Below are positions 42,191 through 51,536 of a stretch of 64,000 nt of DNA, in pieces. Below the pieces are notes generated by a model. That model did no database searches. It saw nothing but the letters and a program-made list of their open reading frames with translations, and was not told the origin of the DNA. The position numbers and the translations under genes are program-made. This DNA is from Spirochaetia bacterium (GTDB lineage: Bacteria; Spirochaetota; Spirochaetia; UBA9216), in NCBI GenBank assembly GCA_963675665.1, contig OY776510.1, forward strand, positions 768,001 to 832,000, read 5' to 3'. The number at the start of each line of letters is the position of its first letter. The first letter of the stretch is position 1.

Positions 42191-42979
42191 AAGATATTTT
42201 TTAAAATCTTCTACAGAGATAGCATTATAGATAGGACTTTTATATCCTTCTGGAATAACATTAATAATTTGTACTCCGTTATTTTCACTTATTTCTTTCA
42301 ATATATTATGTTCATTTTCTGGTTGTTTTATTTCTAAATTTAATACTCTTTTCCTAAATTCTTCTGACTGATAAGGCTCATAAAAATGAAACCACTGATA
42401 TGGTTGAAGAGTATATCCTGCACCAATTAAAAATATTTTATCAAATCCCATATATATAGCAAGGCAGAGAAGGAAATATACTGTTCCTTTCATAAAAGGG
42501 CTTCTTTTACAAAAATCTATTTTTGTTTTTACTGTTATTGGATCTCTACTAGAAGCAAAGAAATACTTCTTAACATTTTTAAGTTCTTTATCATTTCTAA
42601 TATAAAAATAATTTGTATGATTTAATAAAAGTATAGTATCGTTAGAGCAGGCGTGTAATTTTTTTATCATAGTTTTTGAATGCTCTGAAAGATTTGTATA
42701 TCTCATCGTTTTATGAGCATTTTCAATGGAAGAATAGAACAAGGGCTTCATATTCTTAATGTCTTTATGTCGATAAAAATGATTACAAATAAAAGTCTTT
42801 TTATCTTTAAGTAAACTAAGATCGATATCATTTACAACGGGACCTGTTAAAAAAATATAACATTCCTGGTTAATAAATTTATTTTTTAAATTTATATTAT
42901 CTTTTAAAAGAACATAAATAAAAGGAAATGATACAAAATAATATAAATGCTTAATTATTGAAATAACAACTGATCTCAT
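42182..42979 (-). CDS. DUF115/Maf-like putative nonulosonate transferase
   Basis: CYIF.TGP...IDLSLLK....F.CN, LAIYMGF.KI.LIG, HFY. Confidence 0.65.
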   Translation of the reverse strand: MRSVVISIIKHLYYFVSFPFIYVLLKDNINLKNKFINQECYIFLTGPVVNDIDLSLLKDKKTFICNHFYRHKDIKNMKPLFYSSIENAHKTMRYTNLSEHSKTMIKKLHACSNDTILLLNHTNYFYIRNDKELKNVKKYFFASSRDPITVKTKIDFCKRSPFMKGTVYFLLCLAIYMGFDKIFLIGAGYTLQPYQWFHFYEPYQSEEFRKRVLNLEIKQPENEHNILKEISENNGVQIINVIPEGYKSPIYNAISVEDFKKYLRG

Positions 42980-42995
42980 ATAATCCTATATATCC

Positions 42996-43199
42996 TTAAT
43001 CTGTAGATATTGAAAACAATTCATTGTCGCAATTATTTGGTATGGTATCTGCTATATAGTTTTGTCTTTTAACTGAATCCTCACTACTGTCTATAATAGC
43101 TCTAATACATTCTTTCGCTATATTTATATCTTGATTATAATTAGCTTTAATTCCCGTTATTATAAATTTTTTATCCATCTTCTGTTTCCTTAAATTCAA
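42996..43199 (-). pseudogene. Degenerate N-terminal fragment of a second pseI
   Basis: FIITGIKANYNQD..IAKE.I......DSVKRQNYIADTI..NCDNELF aligns with intact PseI IIAELSANH...DAVKLQTYTADTITLDCDNEYF. Confidence 0.75.
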
Positions 43200-43233
43200 A
43201 TAGGTATAAAACTATATATTAATTAACTCCCTA

Positions 43234-43650
43234 TTAAATAGGTGGCAAAACAGTAGCATCACCTTCTATAACTATATCGCCGTTAGATTTTCTACAAGTT
43301 GTTTTTAATTTAACAATATTTTTTTCCTGAAATATTTCAATCACTTCAACTTCTGCCCTGATTGTATCACCAATAAAAACAGGTGCTGTAAATTTCAAAT
43401 TCTGTTCATAATATAATGTTCCAATACCTGGTAGTTTTGTTCCTATCACAGTTGAGATTAAACTAGCTGTTAATAATCCATGAGCAATACGGTTTTTAAA
43501 TCTTGATTCCTTACCAATCTCATCGTTAATATGGATCGGATTAAAATCTCCTGATATTCCCGAAAATAAACATATATCTGTTTCCGTTATTGTTTTTCCG
43601 AAAGAGGCTTTATCTCCAATTCTTAATTCATTTATTTTTTTTCCTGTCAT
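43234..43650 (-). CDS. MaoC-family (R)-enoyl-CoA hydratase
   Basis: F..ISGDFNPIH, IAHGLL, LPG.G, F.APVFIGD. Confidence 0.9.
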   Translation of the reverse strand: MTGKKINELRIGDKASFGKTITETDICLFSGISGDFNPIHINDEIGKESRFKNRIAHGLLTASLISTVIGTKLPGIGTLYYEQNLKFTAPVFIGDTIRAEVEVIEIFQEKNIVKLKTTCRKSNGDIVIEGDATVLPPI

Positions 43651-43652
43651 AA

Positions 43653-44192
43653 TTATATAATTCCTATTTTAATATATTCCAGTTTCTTCTTCTTTTCTTC
43701 CCACTCAGCTTTTAGAATTCCCATTCTTACAACATCGAAATATTCATTATTTTTCTTGATTTGTTGCCTAAGAGTCCCTTCGACTGATGCTCCAAAATGT
43801 TCATGGATTTTTACAACTTTCTCATTAAATGATAAAACTTCGCAACACACTTTATTCATATTTAATTTATCAAAACAAAAATCATAATTATTGCATTCTA
43901 TTATCTTACCAACTCCTTTCCCTTGATAACCTCTCTCTGCAATATAATATGCCCAAAAACATGTTTCATTTTTTCTGTCTATAAAATTAACAGAATATAA
44001 CCCAATTGGATTTTTATCATACTCAATTATCCGATATATATTATTATCATCTTTCATACGTGAAAACCATTTCTTTTGATTTTCTAACGTTATATCAGGA
44101 TCAGTATACATATATTTTGTAACCTCTGGCAACATTCGCCAATTCATAATCATTTCTAAATCTGTATCAAAAATTTTTCGGAGTTTAACCAT
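43653..44192 (-). CDS. pseH: PseH-like N-acyltransferase (GNAT)
   Basis: WR..PEVTKYMYT, W.YY, CEVL.FN..V...H..FG; within pse cluster. Confidence 0.8.
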   Translation of the reverse strand: MVKLRKIFDTDLEMIMNWRMLPEVTKYMYTDPDITLENQKKWFSRMKDDNNIYRIIEYDKNPIGLYSVNFIDRKNETCFWAYYIAERGYQGKGVGKIIECNNYDFCFDKLNMNKVCCEVLSFNEKVVKIHEHFGASVEGTLRQQIKKNNEYFDVVRMGILKAEWEEKKKKLEYIKIGII

Positions 44193-44625
44193 TCTCCAAT
44201 CTCCTTAAATATTTATAATCTAATTTAAAATATAATTATTTGAATTCACTATCCTTTTTGGTCTCAATACTTAATAATTTCTTTCCTGAAATTTTCAAAC
44301 GTTTTTAAAATATTGGGAATTTTCATTATCACAATGTAAAGTACTGCTCAGTTCGAAATTGTAAATATCATCGGAGAATTGATATATTACTAGTAATAAA
44401 TAATTAAATTTACTCAGCAATTCATCCTTATCATACTCCGAAATATTTGCGGTATATATTATTTATCCAATATCAAAATAAAACCACAAGAGATTTTATC
44501 TAAATTTTTTCAGATTTTCGGAAATATCATATGAATTAAAAAAATCCCGATTGACTAATTCAGCAGTTGACTCTATATTATTGTTATTCTTTGGCTATAT
44601 CTTTAATCTAAATAAAATAAGAAAT

Positions 44626-45315
44626 TTAACTATTGAAATTACTCTGAAATTTCAGTTCTGCAAGAGTCCAATCTACATCTTTATCAATATCCTGAACCTC
44701 TAAAGAATCGTATTTAATATACGTTGTTTTGGGAACAATAAGTTTTTTATAATGTAATAACGATACAGTTCTAATAAAATAAAATTGACCTGCATCATGA
44801 TAGCAAGGTTCAAGATCTTGGGATCGTATTGTATAATTCTCCGGCCACTTCATTTGTATGAAACAGCCTTCTGAAATAAATGCTTTCTGAATAGGATACT
44901 CAAATTCAACAATAGGAATTATCGCATTAGCTGAAATTTTCATTAATTTATAATAAGCTTTATTTAATTTATCAGGAGTAATAAATGGTGCTGTCGGTAA
45001 AACACATGAAATAATATCGTATTCTATTCCTCTTAACATATATGAATTTATAACTTCAATCAGAACCTCCGCTAATCCTGCTGTATCATTCGAATTACAA
45101 TGACTTCTTAAAAAAGGAATTTTTGCACCGTATTTTCTTGAAATTCTTGCAATTTCTTCATCATCCGTTGAAACCATAATCTCATCAAAAATATTTGATC
45201 TTATTGCAGCTTCAATTGAATATGCTATTATTGGTTTTCCTAAAAAATCTTTTATATTCTTTCTGGGAATTCTTTTACTACCGCCTCGAGCAGGAATTAC
45301 ACAAAGTTTTTTCAT
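44626..45315 (-). CDS. pseF: CMP-pseudaminic acid synthetase (copy 1)
   Basis: IPARGGSKRIPRKNIK, VSTDD, RSQDLE..YHDAGQFY. Confidence 0.88.
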   Translation of the reverse strand: MKKLCVIPARGGSKRIPRKNIKDFLGKPIIAYSIEAAIRSNIFDEIMVSTDDEEIARISRKYGAKIPFLRSHCNSNDTAGLAEVLIEVINSYMLRGIEYDIISCVLPTAPFITPDKLNKAYYKLMKISANAIIPIVEFEYPIQKAFISEGCFIQMKWPENYTIRSQDLEPCYHDAGQFYFIRTVSLLHYKKLIVPKTTYIKYDSLEVQDIDKDVDWTLAELKFQSNFNS

Positions 45316-46470
45316 TTATACCCTACATATCGAAATGATTTTGTCGATAACTAAATCCTGTTCTTTTTTAATCAAATCAGGATATAACGGTAAACTTAGT
45401 GTCGCTTCATAATAATCTCTTGCATTTGGAGTATCATCAATTGTTGTCTTATAATTTTTCATATAATAAGGCTGAGAATTTACAGGGATATAATGAACTT
45501 GAGTTCCTATTCCTTCTTCAATTAGTTTAGTCATAAACTCAGAACGAGTAATATTCAATTCCTTAAAATTTATTTGAACAACATAAAGATGAAAACAGCT
45601 ATCTAGGAAATTCTCCTCATAGGGACAAATTATTGAACTAATAGAGGAAAATGCATTATTATAACGTCTTACTATTTCACGCCTTTTCTTTTTAAAAGAA
45701 TCAAGTTTATGTAATTGATTAATCCCGAGTGCTGCCTGCAACTCAGTCATCCGATAGTTACGACCAAGAATCTTCATTTCATAATACCAAGGCCCTGGAT
45801 TTTTTTCTAATAGTTCTGGTTTCTTTGTTATTCCATGATTTCTTAAAAGCAATAGTTGTTCATATAACATTTCATCATTTGTAGTAATAGCTCCACCTTC
45901 TGCTGTCGTTATTGTTTTCACAGGATGAAATGAGAAAACCGTCATGTCTGAATATTTACAACTTCCAACTCGATCACCGTCTTTATAGTTTGAACCAATT
46001 GCGTGCGAAGCATCCTCAATAATTCGTAAATTATTACCTTCTGTAATTTTTTTAAGGATTGGCATATTACAAGGTTGTCCTGCAAAATGAACAGGTATTA
46101 GCAACCTTGTTTTTATACTTATTTTGGATTTAACTGATTCTGGAGAAATATTATATGTTTTTTTATCAATATCTGCAAAAACAGGAACAATATCATTATA
46201 AATCATAGAGTTCGATGTCGCAACAAACGTATTTGGTGTTGTGATCCCTTCACAACCTTTTTCCAACATTAAAGCAGCAACAGAAATATCCAGAGCTGCT
46301 GTTCCATTTGAAACAACCACACAATATTTTGATCCGCAATACTGAGCAATTTTTTTTTCAAATTCTTCCACAACCGGCCCTTGTGTTAAATATGCTGCCT
46401 TTAAAATTTCTGTTACAGATTCAATATCTTGTTTATCAATTGACTGTTTTCCATATGAAATCATATTCAA
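45316..46470 (-). CDS. pseC: UDP-4-keto-6-deoxy-AltNAc aminotransferase
   Basis: ISYGKQSI, LTQGP, FSFHPVK.ITT.EGG, RNHGI, PWYYEM. Confidence 0.92.
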   Translation of the reverse strand: MNMISYGKQSIDKQDIESVTEILKAAYLTQGPVVEEFEKKIAQYCGSKYCVVVSNGTAALDISVAALMLEKGCEGITTPNTFVATSNSMIYNDIVPVFADIDKKTYNISPESVKSKISIKTRLLIPVHFAGQPCNMPILKKITEGNNLRIIEDASHAIGSNYKDGDRVGSCKYSDMTVFSFHPVKTITTAEGGAITTNDEMLYEQLLLLRNHGITKKPELLEKNPGPWYYEMKILGRNYRMTELQAALGINQLHKLDSFKKKRREIVRRYNNAFSSISSIICPYEENFLDSCFHLYVVQINFKELNITRSEFMTKLIEEGIGTQVHYIPVNSQPYYMKNYKTTIDDTPNARDYYEATLSLPLYPDLIKKEQDLVIDKIISICRV

Positions 46471-47492
46471 ACCTTAACCATTCTTTCCAATTCATTATCT
46501 ATCCAGACTTTTAACTCTTCTTGTGTCATCCACTTTTTATTATTACTGCTAGTATAAGAAAATCCTTCCGGAACTCTTTGTCCGTCTTTAATCCTATTTG
46601 CATCCTCTGACCACTTATGAATTGATGGTAATATTTTATAATATCCTTCATACTCATAAGTAAACATTGAATCTTCAGTACTAATCATTATTTCATGTAA
46701 CTTTTCACCAGGACGAATTCCAACATACTGGATTTCAGCTTCTGGAGCTATTGTCTTGGCTAAATCAATTACTTTCATTGAAGGAATTTTCTTTACATAG
46801 ATTTCTCCACCTTCGGCATCTTTAAAAGCTTTCCAGACCAGTTCCACACCTTGATCCAATGTAATCATAAATCTTGTCATTCTTTTATCCGTTACCGGTA
46901 AAATTCCTGTGTTTTTTAATTTCATAAAAAATGGTATTACCGATCCGCGACTTCCCATTACATTACCATAACGAACAACAGAAAATCTTGTACCGTGTTC
47001 ACCTGAATATGAATTTCCAGCAACAAAAAGTTTATCTGAAGCTAATTTCGTTGCTCCATATAAGTTAATCGGATTGCATGCCTTATCAGTACTTAATGCT
47101 ACAACTCTCTTAATATTTTTATCTATACATGCGTCTATTAAATTCATTGCACCAGTTATATTTGTTTTTATACACTCAAAAGGATTATATTCTGCTGTTG
47201 GTACTATTTTAGTTGCGGCGGCATGCACTACATAATCAACACCATCTAATGCCCGATATAATCTATCTTTATCACGTATATCACCAATAAAAAATCTTAA
47301 TCGTTTATCATTATTAAATCGTGCATTCATATTCCATTGTTTCATTTCATCTCTAGAATAAATAATAATCTTCTTTGGATTATATCTCTCCAATGTCATT
47401 TCAATAAATTTATGCCCGAAAGACCCTGTCCCTCCAGTAATTAGAATAGTTGAATTTGTTAACATACTGTTCTCCATAAACATCAGTTTCAT
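46467..47492 (-). CDS. pseB: UDP-GlcNAc 4,6-dehydratase (inverting)
   Basis: TGGTGSFG, HAAATKIVPTAEYNPFE, STDKA.NPINLYGATK, GIRPGEKLHE; true start may be a few codons downstream. Confidence 0.93.
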   Translation of the reverse strand: MKLMFMENSMLTNSTILITGGTGSFGHKFIEMTLERYNPKKIIIYSRDEMKQWNMNARFNNDKRLRFFIGDIRDKDRLYRALDGVDYVVHAAATKIVPTAEYNPFECIKTNITGAMNLIDACIDKNIKRVVALSTDKACNPINLYGATKLASDKLFVAGNSYSGEHGTRFSVVRYGNVMGSRGSVIPFFMKLKNTGILPVTDKRMTRFMITLDQGVELVWKAFKDAEGGEIYVKKIPSMKVIDLAKTIAPEAEIQYVGIRPGEKLHEIMISTEDSMFTYEYEGYYKILPSIHKWSEDANRIKDGQRVPEGFSYTSSNNKKWMTQEELKVWIDNELERMVKV

Positions 47493-47604
47493 TATTTTCT
47501 AAAAAATTTATTAATTAATAATTCTAATAAAAACCCTACGACCAATGATATAATAATAATAAAGATTGTTATATCAAAAAAAGCTTCCATAAATATAACC
47601 TATG

Positions 47605-47870
47605 TTACCCTTCCCATTTAAATAAAACAGAGGTATACAATAAACCTCAGCCAAAACCTACAAAAACAATTTTATCACCTTTTTTAGTCTTCTACTTCCA
47701 AAAAGTGTAATAATGACTGTGTACCTGAAGTATTTGTGTATTGTTACAAGATTCGTTGAATTTCAGTATAGCATGATGGTTTACTGAATTCGTAAACAAA
47801 TATAACATTTCGCAATGCGTCATAAGTAATATATATTTCATGATCATTGTTTGCCTAATGCTCTAAAACA
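47605..47870 (-). pseudogene. Degraded FabH-like (KAS III) C-terminal fragment
   Basis: Broken minus frames give H*AN (HQAN), YTNTSGT (YGNTS) and KKGDKIVFVGFG*GL....LFKW. Confidence 0.6.
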
Positions 47871-48000
47871 ATTCGCCATTCTTTAACCCTATTTTGTTAT
47901 AACTCCATTTATCTGAAGTGTCCAGAGAATGCTTCAATTCCTTAATTCTGATAACTAATATTGATATATAGAATCCAGTTCAAATAATGCCAATATTTAA

Positions 48001-48170
48001 AAAGAAACTCCTAAGGTCTCTTACGAGCACAACAAGATTACTCTCACTCAAATATACAATATGAAGCTTTTTGGATTACAAATAAATATTTCTTTGACAA
48101 CCGCCTGACCAATTGTCCCGGCACCACCGGACAATAAAGGAGGAGTTATTTACTTCATCATCCAAAAAAT
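48001..48170 (-). pseudogene. Degraded N-terminus of a CapD-like UDP-GlcNAc 4,6-dehydratase
   Basis: Frameshifted pieces SSFIV / GGAGTIGQAVVKEIF..NPK / SESNLVVLVRDLRS. Confidence 0.6.
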
Positions 48171-48192
48171 AAAATTATTTTTAATGTCCGCA

Positions 48193-49266
48193 TTAAGGAG
48201 TGGAGATCTTCTTCCAATTATCTTCAAAGATCCCCGTGTTATCCATATCCCCAGAAAGTTTTTCTGCGCCCGGACCATATCCATAAACCGGCACATCAAC
48301 TTCTGTATGATAATCCGTCCTCCAGGCAACTGTCGGAAGAGTTCCTTCTCCGTTGTTATTTATAACATCCAGTCCGCCTGTTTCATGATCGGCAGTTACA
48401 ATAAGCAAAATATCGTCCCGGGACCCAATCCAGTCAAGAACATCCTGTGCTGCATCAGAAAAAGCCTTTACCTCGAGCAGCATACGTTGTAAATCATTGG
48501 AATGACACGCATGATCTATCCGTCCGCCCTCAATCATCAGAAAAAACCCGTTATTGTTTTCATCAAGCAGATCGAGTGCTTTTAACAACATCTCTGAAAG
48601 CGTCGGATACTCACCCAAACCGTCATAAACATAAGGCATATGACCGTCGCCGAAAAGACCGCAAACCAATTCGCCCGACAGCGCATTCATTTCATCTTCG
48701 TTGGCGACGCTTTTGTAACCGGAAGTCTGCAACCATGCCATATCGATTCCGGCCGATGATCCGCCTCCGCCGAATACAACATTCGGTTTTGTCACAGTAA
48801 AAATTTCATCCGCAATCTGTGAATAATTAATCCGGCTGACATTATGCGAAGTAAAAGCTGCAGGGGTAGCATGAGAAACCATGGCTGTTGTCACAACACC
48901 CACGCTCTTGCCTTCTGATTTATACTGCTCAAGCACTGTTTCAAGATTACTGCCGTCGCCGGGAATCGCTTTGCTGATTACTCCGTTATTTACCTTCTGC
49001 CCGGTTGCCATGGCAGTTGCGGCAGCAGCGGAGTCGGTTATGCTGCTGTTTGCCGAGTATGTTGAAACAGAACCCTTTACAGGCAAAGATTCAAAACTCA
49101 TTTTGCCCTCTTCGCCGTAATAGTAAAAACTTGCAGCTTTAACCTGCTCATAGCCCATTCCGTCGCCAATCATCAGAATGACAGAAACAGGTGGATCAAA
49201 CCAGCTGCATGAAAAAAGAAACAGGCAGAGTGCCGATATGAATAAAAGCTTTTTAAAAGCTTTCAT
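48193..49266 (-). CDS. phoA: Alkaline phosphatase lipoprotein
   Basis: Lipobox LFSC; MIGDGMG, TDSAAAATA, HATPA, EGGRIDHACH, TADHETGG. Confidence 0.9.
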   Translation of the reverse strand: MKAFKKLLFISALCLFLFSCSWFDPPVSVILMIGDGMGYEQVKAASFYYYGEEGKMSFESLPVKGSVSTYSANSSITDSAAAATAMATGQKVNNGVISKAIPGDGSNLETVLEQYKSEGKSVGVVTTAMVSHATPAAFTSHNVSRINYSQIADEIFTVTKPNVVFGGGGSSAGIDMAWLQTSGYKSVANEDEMNALSGELVCGLFGDGHMPYVYDGLGEYPTLSEMLLKALDLLDENNNGFFLMIEGGRIDHACHSNDLQRMLLEVKAFSDAAQDVLDWIGSRDDILLIVTADHETGGLDVINNNGEGTLPTVAWRTDYHTEVDVPVYGYGPGAEKLSGDMDNTGIFEDNWKKISTP

Positions 49267-49278
49267 AGTCAGTTTATT

Positions 49279-49414
49279 CCCCTAAGAGGGGGCAGCGGAA
49301 CGACGCAAGGCGGCCCCCGGCGGAGGGGACGAAGCCGGATACAGGGCTGCCGGTTGGTAATTCACAGGAACTGTGTATTACCATGCGGCTGGAGCGCGGG
49401 GGAGACTTCCCCCG
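49279..49414. repeat. GC-rich cluster of hairpins (REP-like element or structured leader) between metF and phoA
   Basis: CGGGGGA-GACT-TCCCCCG; GCCG..TGGTAAT.CACAG-GAA-CTGTG.ATTACCA..CGGC; CCCC-TAAGA-GGGG. Confidence 0.5.
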
Positions 49415-49415
49415 T

Positions 49416-50276
49416 CTACAACTCCCCGGCTTCTTTAATTCCCAGAAACCTGAAGATTTCCAGGGTGGCGCGAGATTTATTGAGCGTATAAAAATGTATG
49501 CCGTCGACGTTGTTTTCAAGCAGGTCGAGGCTCTGGTGCGTTGCCCAGTGAATACCGACACGCTCGGCGGCCTCATCCGTTGTTGTGCGGTTCATCGCCT
49601 TAATGAGTCCGGCCGGAATTCGTGCGCCGAGAGACAACTCAGCTATCCGTTCCATATTGCTCTTTGAAACAACCGGCATGATTCCCGCCTTGACAGGCAC
49701 ATTGATGCCCGCAATCTCGCAGCGCTCGCGGAAGTCGTAAAAATCGCGGTTGTCGAAGAAGAGCTGGGTGCATATGTAATCGGCGCCGCAGTCTACCTTC
49801 CTTTTAAGGTTATCGAGTTCAACAAGCCGGTTGGGCGTTGCCGGATGGCCTTCCGGAAAACCCGCCACTCCCACATTCATATGCGGGTAATTTTTCTTTA
49901 TAAACTCAACAAGTTCAGCCGCATATGTAAACCCGTTTGCAGGCGGCATGAAGTCAATCCCGCCGTTGGGAGGATCGCCGCGCAGGGCAAGTATATCGTG
50001 AATACCGAGCCGGTCATATTCATCAAGCAGGGCCTTTATCTCGGTCCGATCCATTCCCACGCATGTAAGATGACTTACTATCTTGAGAGGGGTTTCTTTC
50101 TTCAACCTCAGGATCGTGTCCTTGGTCAAATCGCGGGAAGAGCCCCCGGCGCCGAAGGTCATGCTTATATAGGAAGGGTTCAGCGGCATAAAGTCGGTTT
50201 TAACGCGCTCTATCAGATTATCCGAACCTTTCTGTGTTTTGGGAGGAAAGAATTCAAAACTTATTGTCGATTTCAT
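49416..50276 (-). CDS. metF: 5,10-methylenetetrahydrofolate reductase
   Basis: SFEFFPPK, S.T.GAGG, HLTC, LALRGDPP, PEGHP, TQLFFD, HFYTLN. Confidence 0.95.
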   Translation of the reverse strand: MKSTISFEFFPPKTQKGSDNLIERVKTDFMPLNPSYISMTFGAGGSSRDLTKDTILRLKKETPLKIVSHLTCVGMDRTEIKALLDEYDRLGIHDILALRGDPPNGGIDFMPPANGFTYAAELVEFIKKNYPHMNVGVAGFPEGHPATPNRLVELDNLKRKVDCGADYICTQLFFDNRDFYDFRERCEIAGINVPVKAGIMPVVSKSNMERIAELSLGARIPAGLIKAMNRTTTDEAAERVGIHWATHQSLDLLENNVDGIHFYTLNKSRATLEIFRFLGIKEAGEL

Positions 50277-50333
50277 AAAAATAACTTCATTTCACATTGA
50301 TTACGAATAAAAATATGATTCAGCACTTGCTGA

Positions 50334-50393
50334 GCCCAACGGCAATGCAAAACGGCTTCGCTTCGCTGCAGATGTTTTGCTTCACCGTTGGGC
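50334..50393. repeat. 60-bp imperfect palindrome with attC-like ends
   Basis: GCCCAAC (RYYYAAC)-GGCAA-TGCAAAAC...GTTTTGC-TTCACC-GTTGGGC (GTTRRRY). Confidence 0.5.
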
Positions 50394-50447
50394 CCCGCAG
50401 CTGCGTCATACGCTTGTAATCAATGTAAAAGCTGTTCTCTCCTGTTT

Positions 50448-50816
50448 TTATTTAATAGGAAGAATTTTAACTCTGGACCGATTCTCATCAACCGTTATAA
50501 TTGCACCGGTTTTCAATTCATGATGGAAATCTTTTAATACCTTAAGAATCTCATTTATAAATAATTCTGTATACATATTTTGAGTTCTAACCTGAAGAAC
50601 ACTTGGTTTATTTGCTTTTGTCAATGCAAGCATAATTCCAAAATCCAAATCATGTGTAAAAACAATAAAATCATTATCTATTGCATAATCAAAGATCTCT
50701 GAATCCAGAGCATCAAATCTGCCTACAGAAGACCAGTGGGTAGCTTCATATCCATTCATCTCTAAAATTTTCGCCAATTCAGGAGATAAATTCATGTCAA
50801 GAAGGATTTTTAACAT
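50448..50816 (-). CDS. DUF5615 PIN-like toxin
   Basis: ILLDMNLSP, D.EI..YA, VFTHDLDFG. Confidence 0.88.
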   Translation of the reverse strand: MLKILLDMNLSPELAKILEMNGYEATHWSSVGRFDALDSEIFDYAIDNDFIVFTHDLDFGIMLALTKANKPSVLQVRTQNMYTELFINEILKVLKDFHHELKTGAIITVDENRSRVKILPIK

Positions 50817-51043
50817 TAAATTGCTAATAAAACCTCAATCTCTTCAGAACGCCATGCTGCATATTCTAGAGCAGCTTTGATATCAGCCTCTTCAAGATAA
50901 GGATACTTTTCAATAATCTCTTTTTGAGAAAAACCGTTGGCAACCAAGCCAACAACAGTTCCGGCCGTTACCCGCAGATCCCGAATACAGGGTCTCCCCC
51001 CCATTCGTTGCGGATTAAATGTTATTCTTTCAATATTTTTCAT
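50816..51043 (-). CDS. DUF433 antitoxin
   Basis: RIT.NP..MGGRPCIR..RV, YP.LE..DI.AALEYAA; stop overlaps toxin start. Confidence 0.9.
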   Translation of the reverse strand: MKNIERITFNPQRMGGRPCIRDLRVTAGTVVGLVANGFSQKEIIEKYPYLEEADIKAALEYAAWRSEEIEVLLAI

Positions 51044-51088
51044 AACTATAATATACAACCATTATTGCTCTTTTCATAGTTGCTTCTG

Positions 51089-51132
51089 AATCAAACAAAC
51101 ACATCCTGCAGAAACAGGCCGCCGTCCTTTTT
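51089..51132. repeat. Direct repeat copy A (duplicate of the MarR gene 3' end)
   Basis: AATCAAACAAACACATCCTGCAGAAACAGGcCGCCGTC.TT, matching 51897-51940. Confidence 0.9.
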
Positions 51133-51536
51133 TAATCTGTAAAATCAACCTTTATATTCAATTCTTTACTTATCCGGCTTATTAAATCTTCAGTAAATTC
51201 AAGAATACTTTTAATTTCCTGCTTTTCGGGCAGGATCCTCTCTGAAACAGGATATGCTTCTGAAATATGATAGTCTGTTGCAATCGATAAATATCTTGAC
51301 TCGGTTTCATTAAGAATTATCTCTGTTTCAACATAATCAAATAGCTCAAATAAATCATGTGTTTTCAGTATTTTTTTATTTCTGTAAGCTGAAAAAGATT
51401 TCAGCGCAATCTCAATTGAATAGTGTAATTCAACTGCAATTACATCGGTATAATGATTTGCATTAAATAAAAGTCTGGCGGAACTAAAATGATGCCAAGC
51501 CTTTACAAGCCATTCTCTAGCTGCGGCTTCGTTCAT
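51132..51536 (-). CDS. HEPN domain protein
   Basis: EW..KA....SA..L, H..IE..LK, KTHDL..L; paired with MNT. Confidence 0.85.
   Translation of the reverse strand: MNEAAAREWLVKAWHHFSSARLLFNANHYTDVIAVELHYSIEIALKSFSAYRNKKILKTHDLFELFDYVETEIILNETESRYLSIATDYHISEAYPVSERILPEKQEIKSILEFTEDLISRISKELNIKVDFTD

Noticed and set aside
49274-49667. ORFs 49274-49576 and 49383-49667
   Set aside because: They overlap metF and the GC-rich hairpin element; no protein motifs
50277-50447. Possible SAM riboswitch upstream of metF
   Set aside because: No SAM-I/II consensus recognisable; the structure is a simple long palindrome
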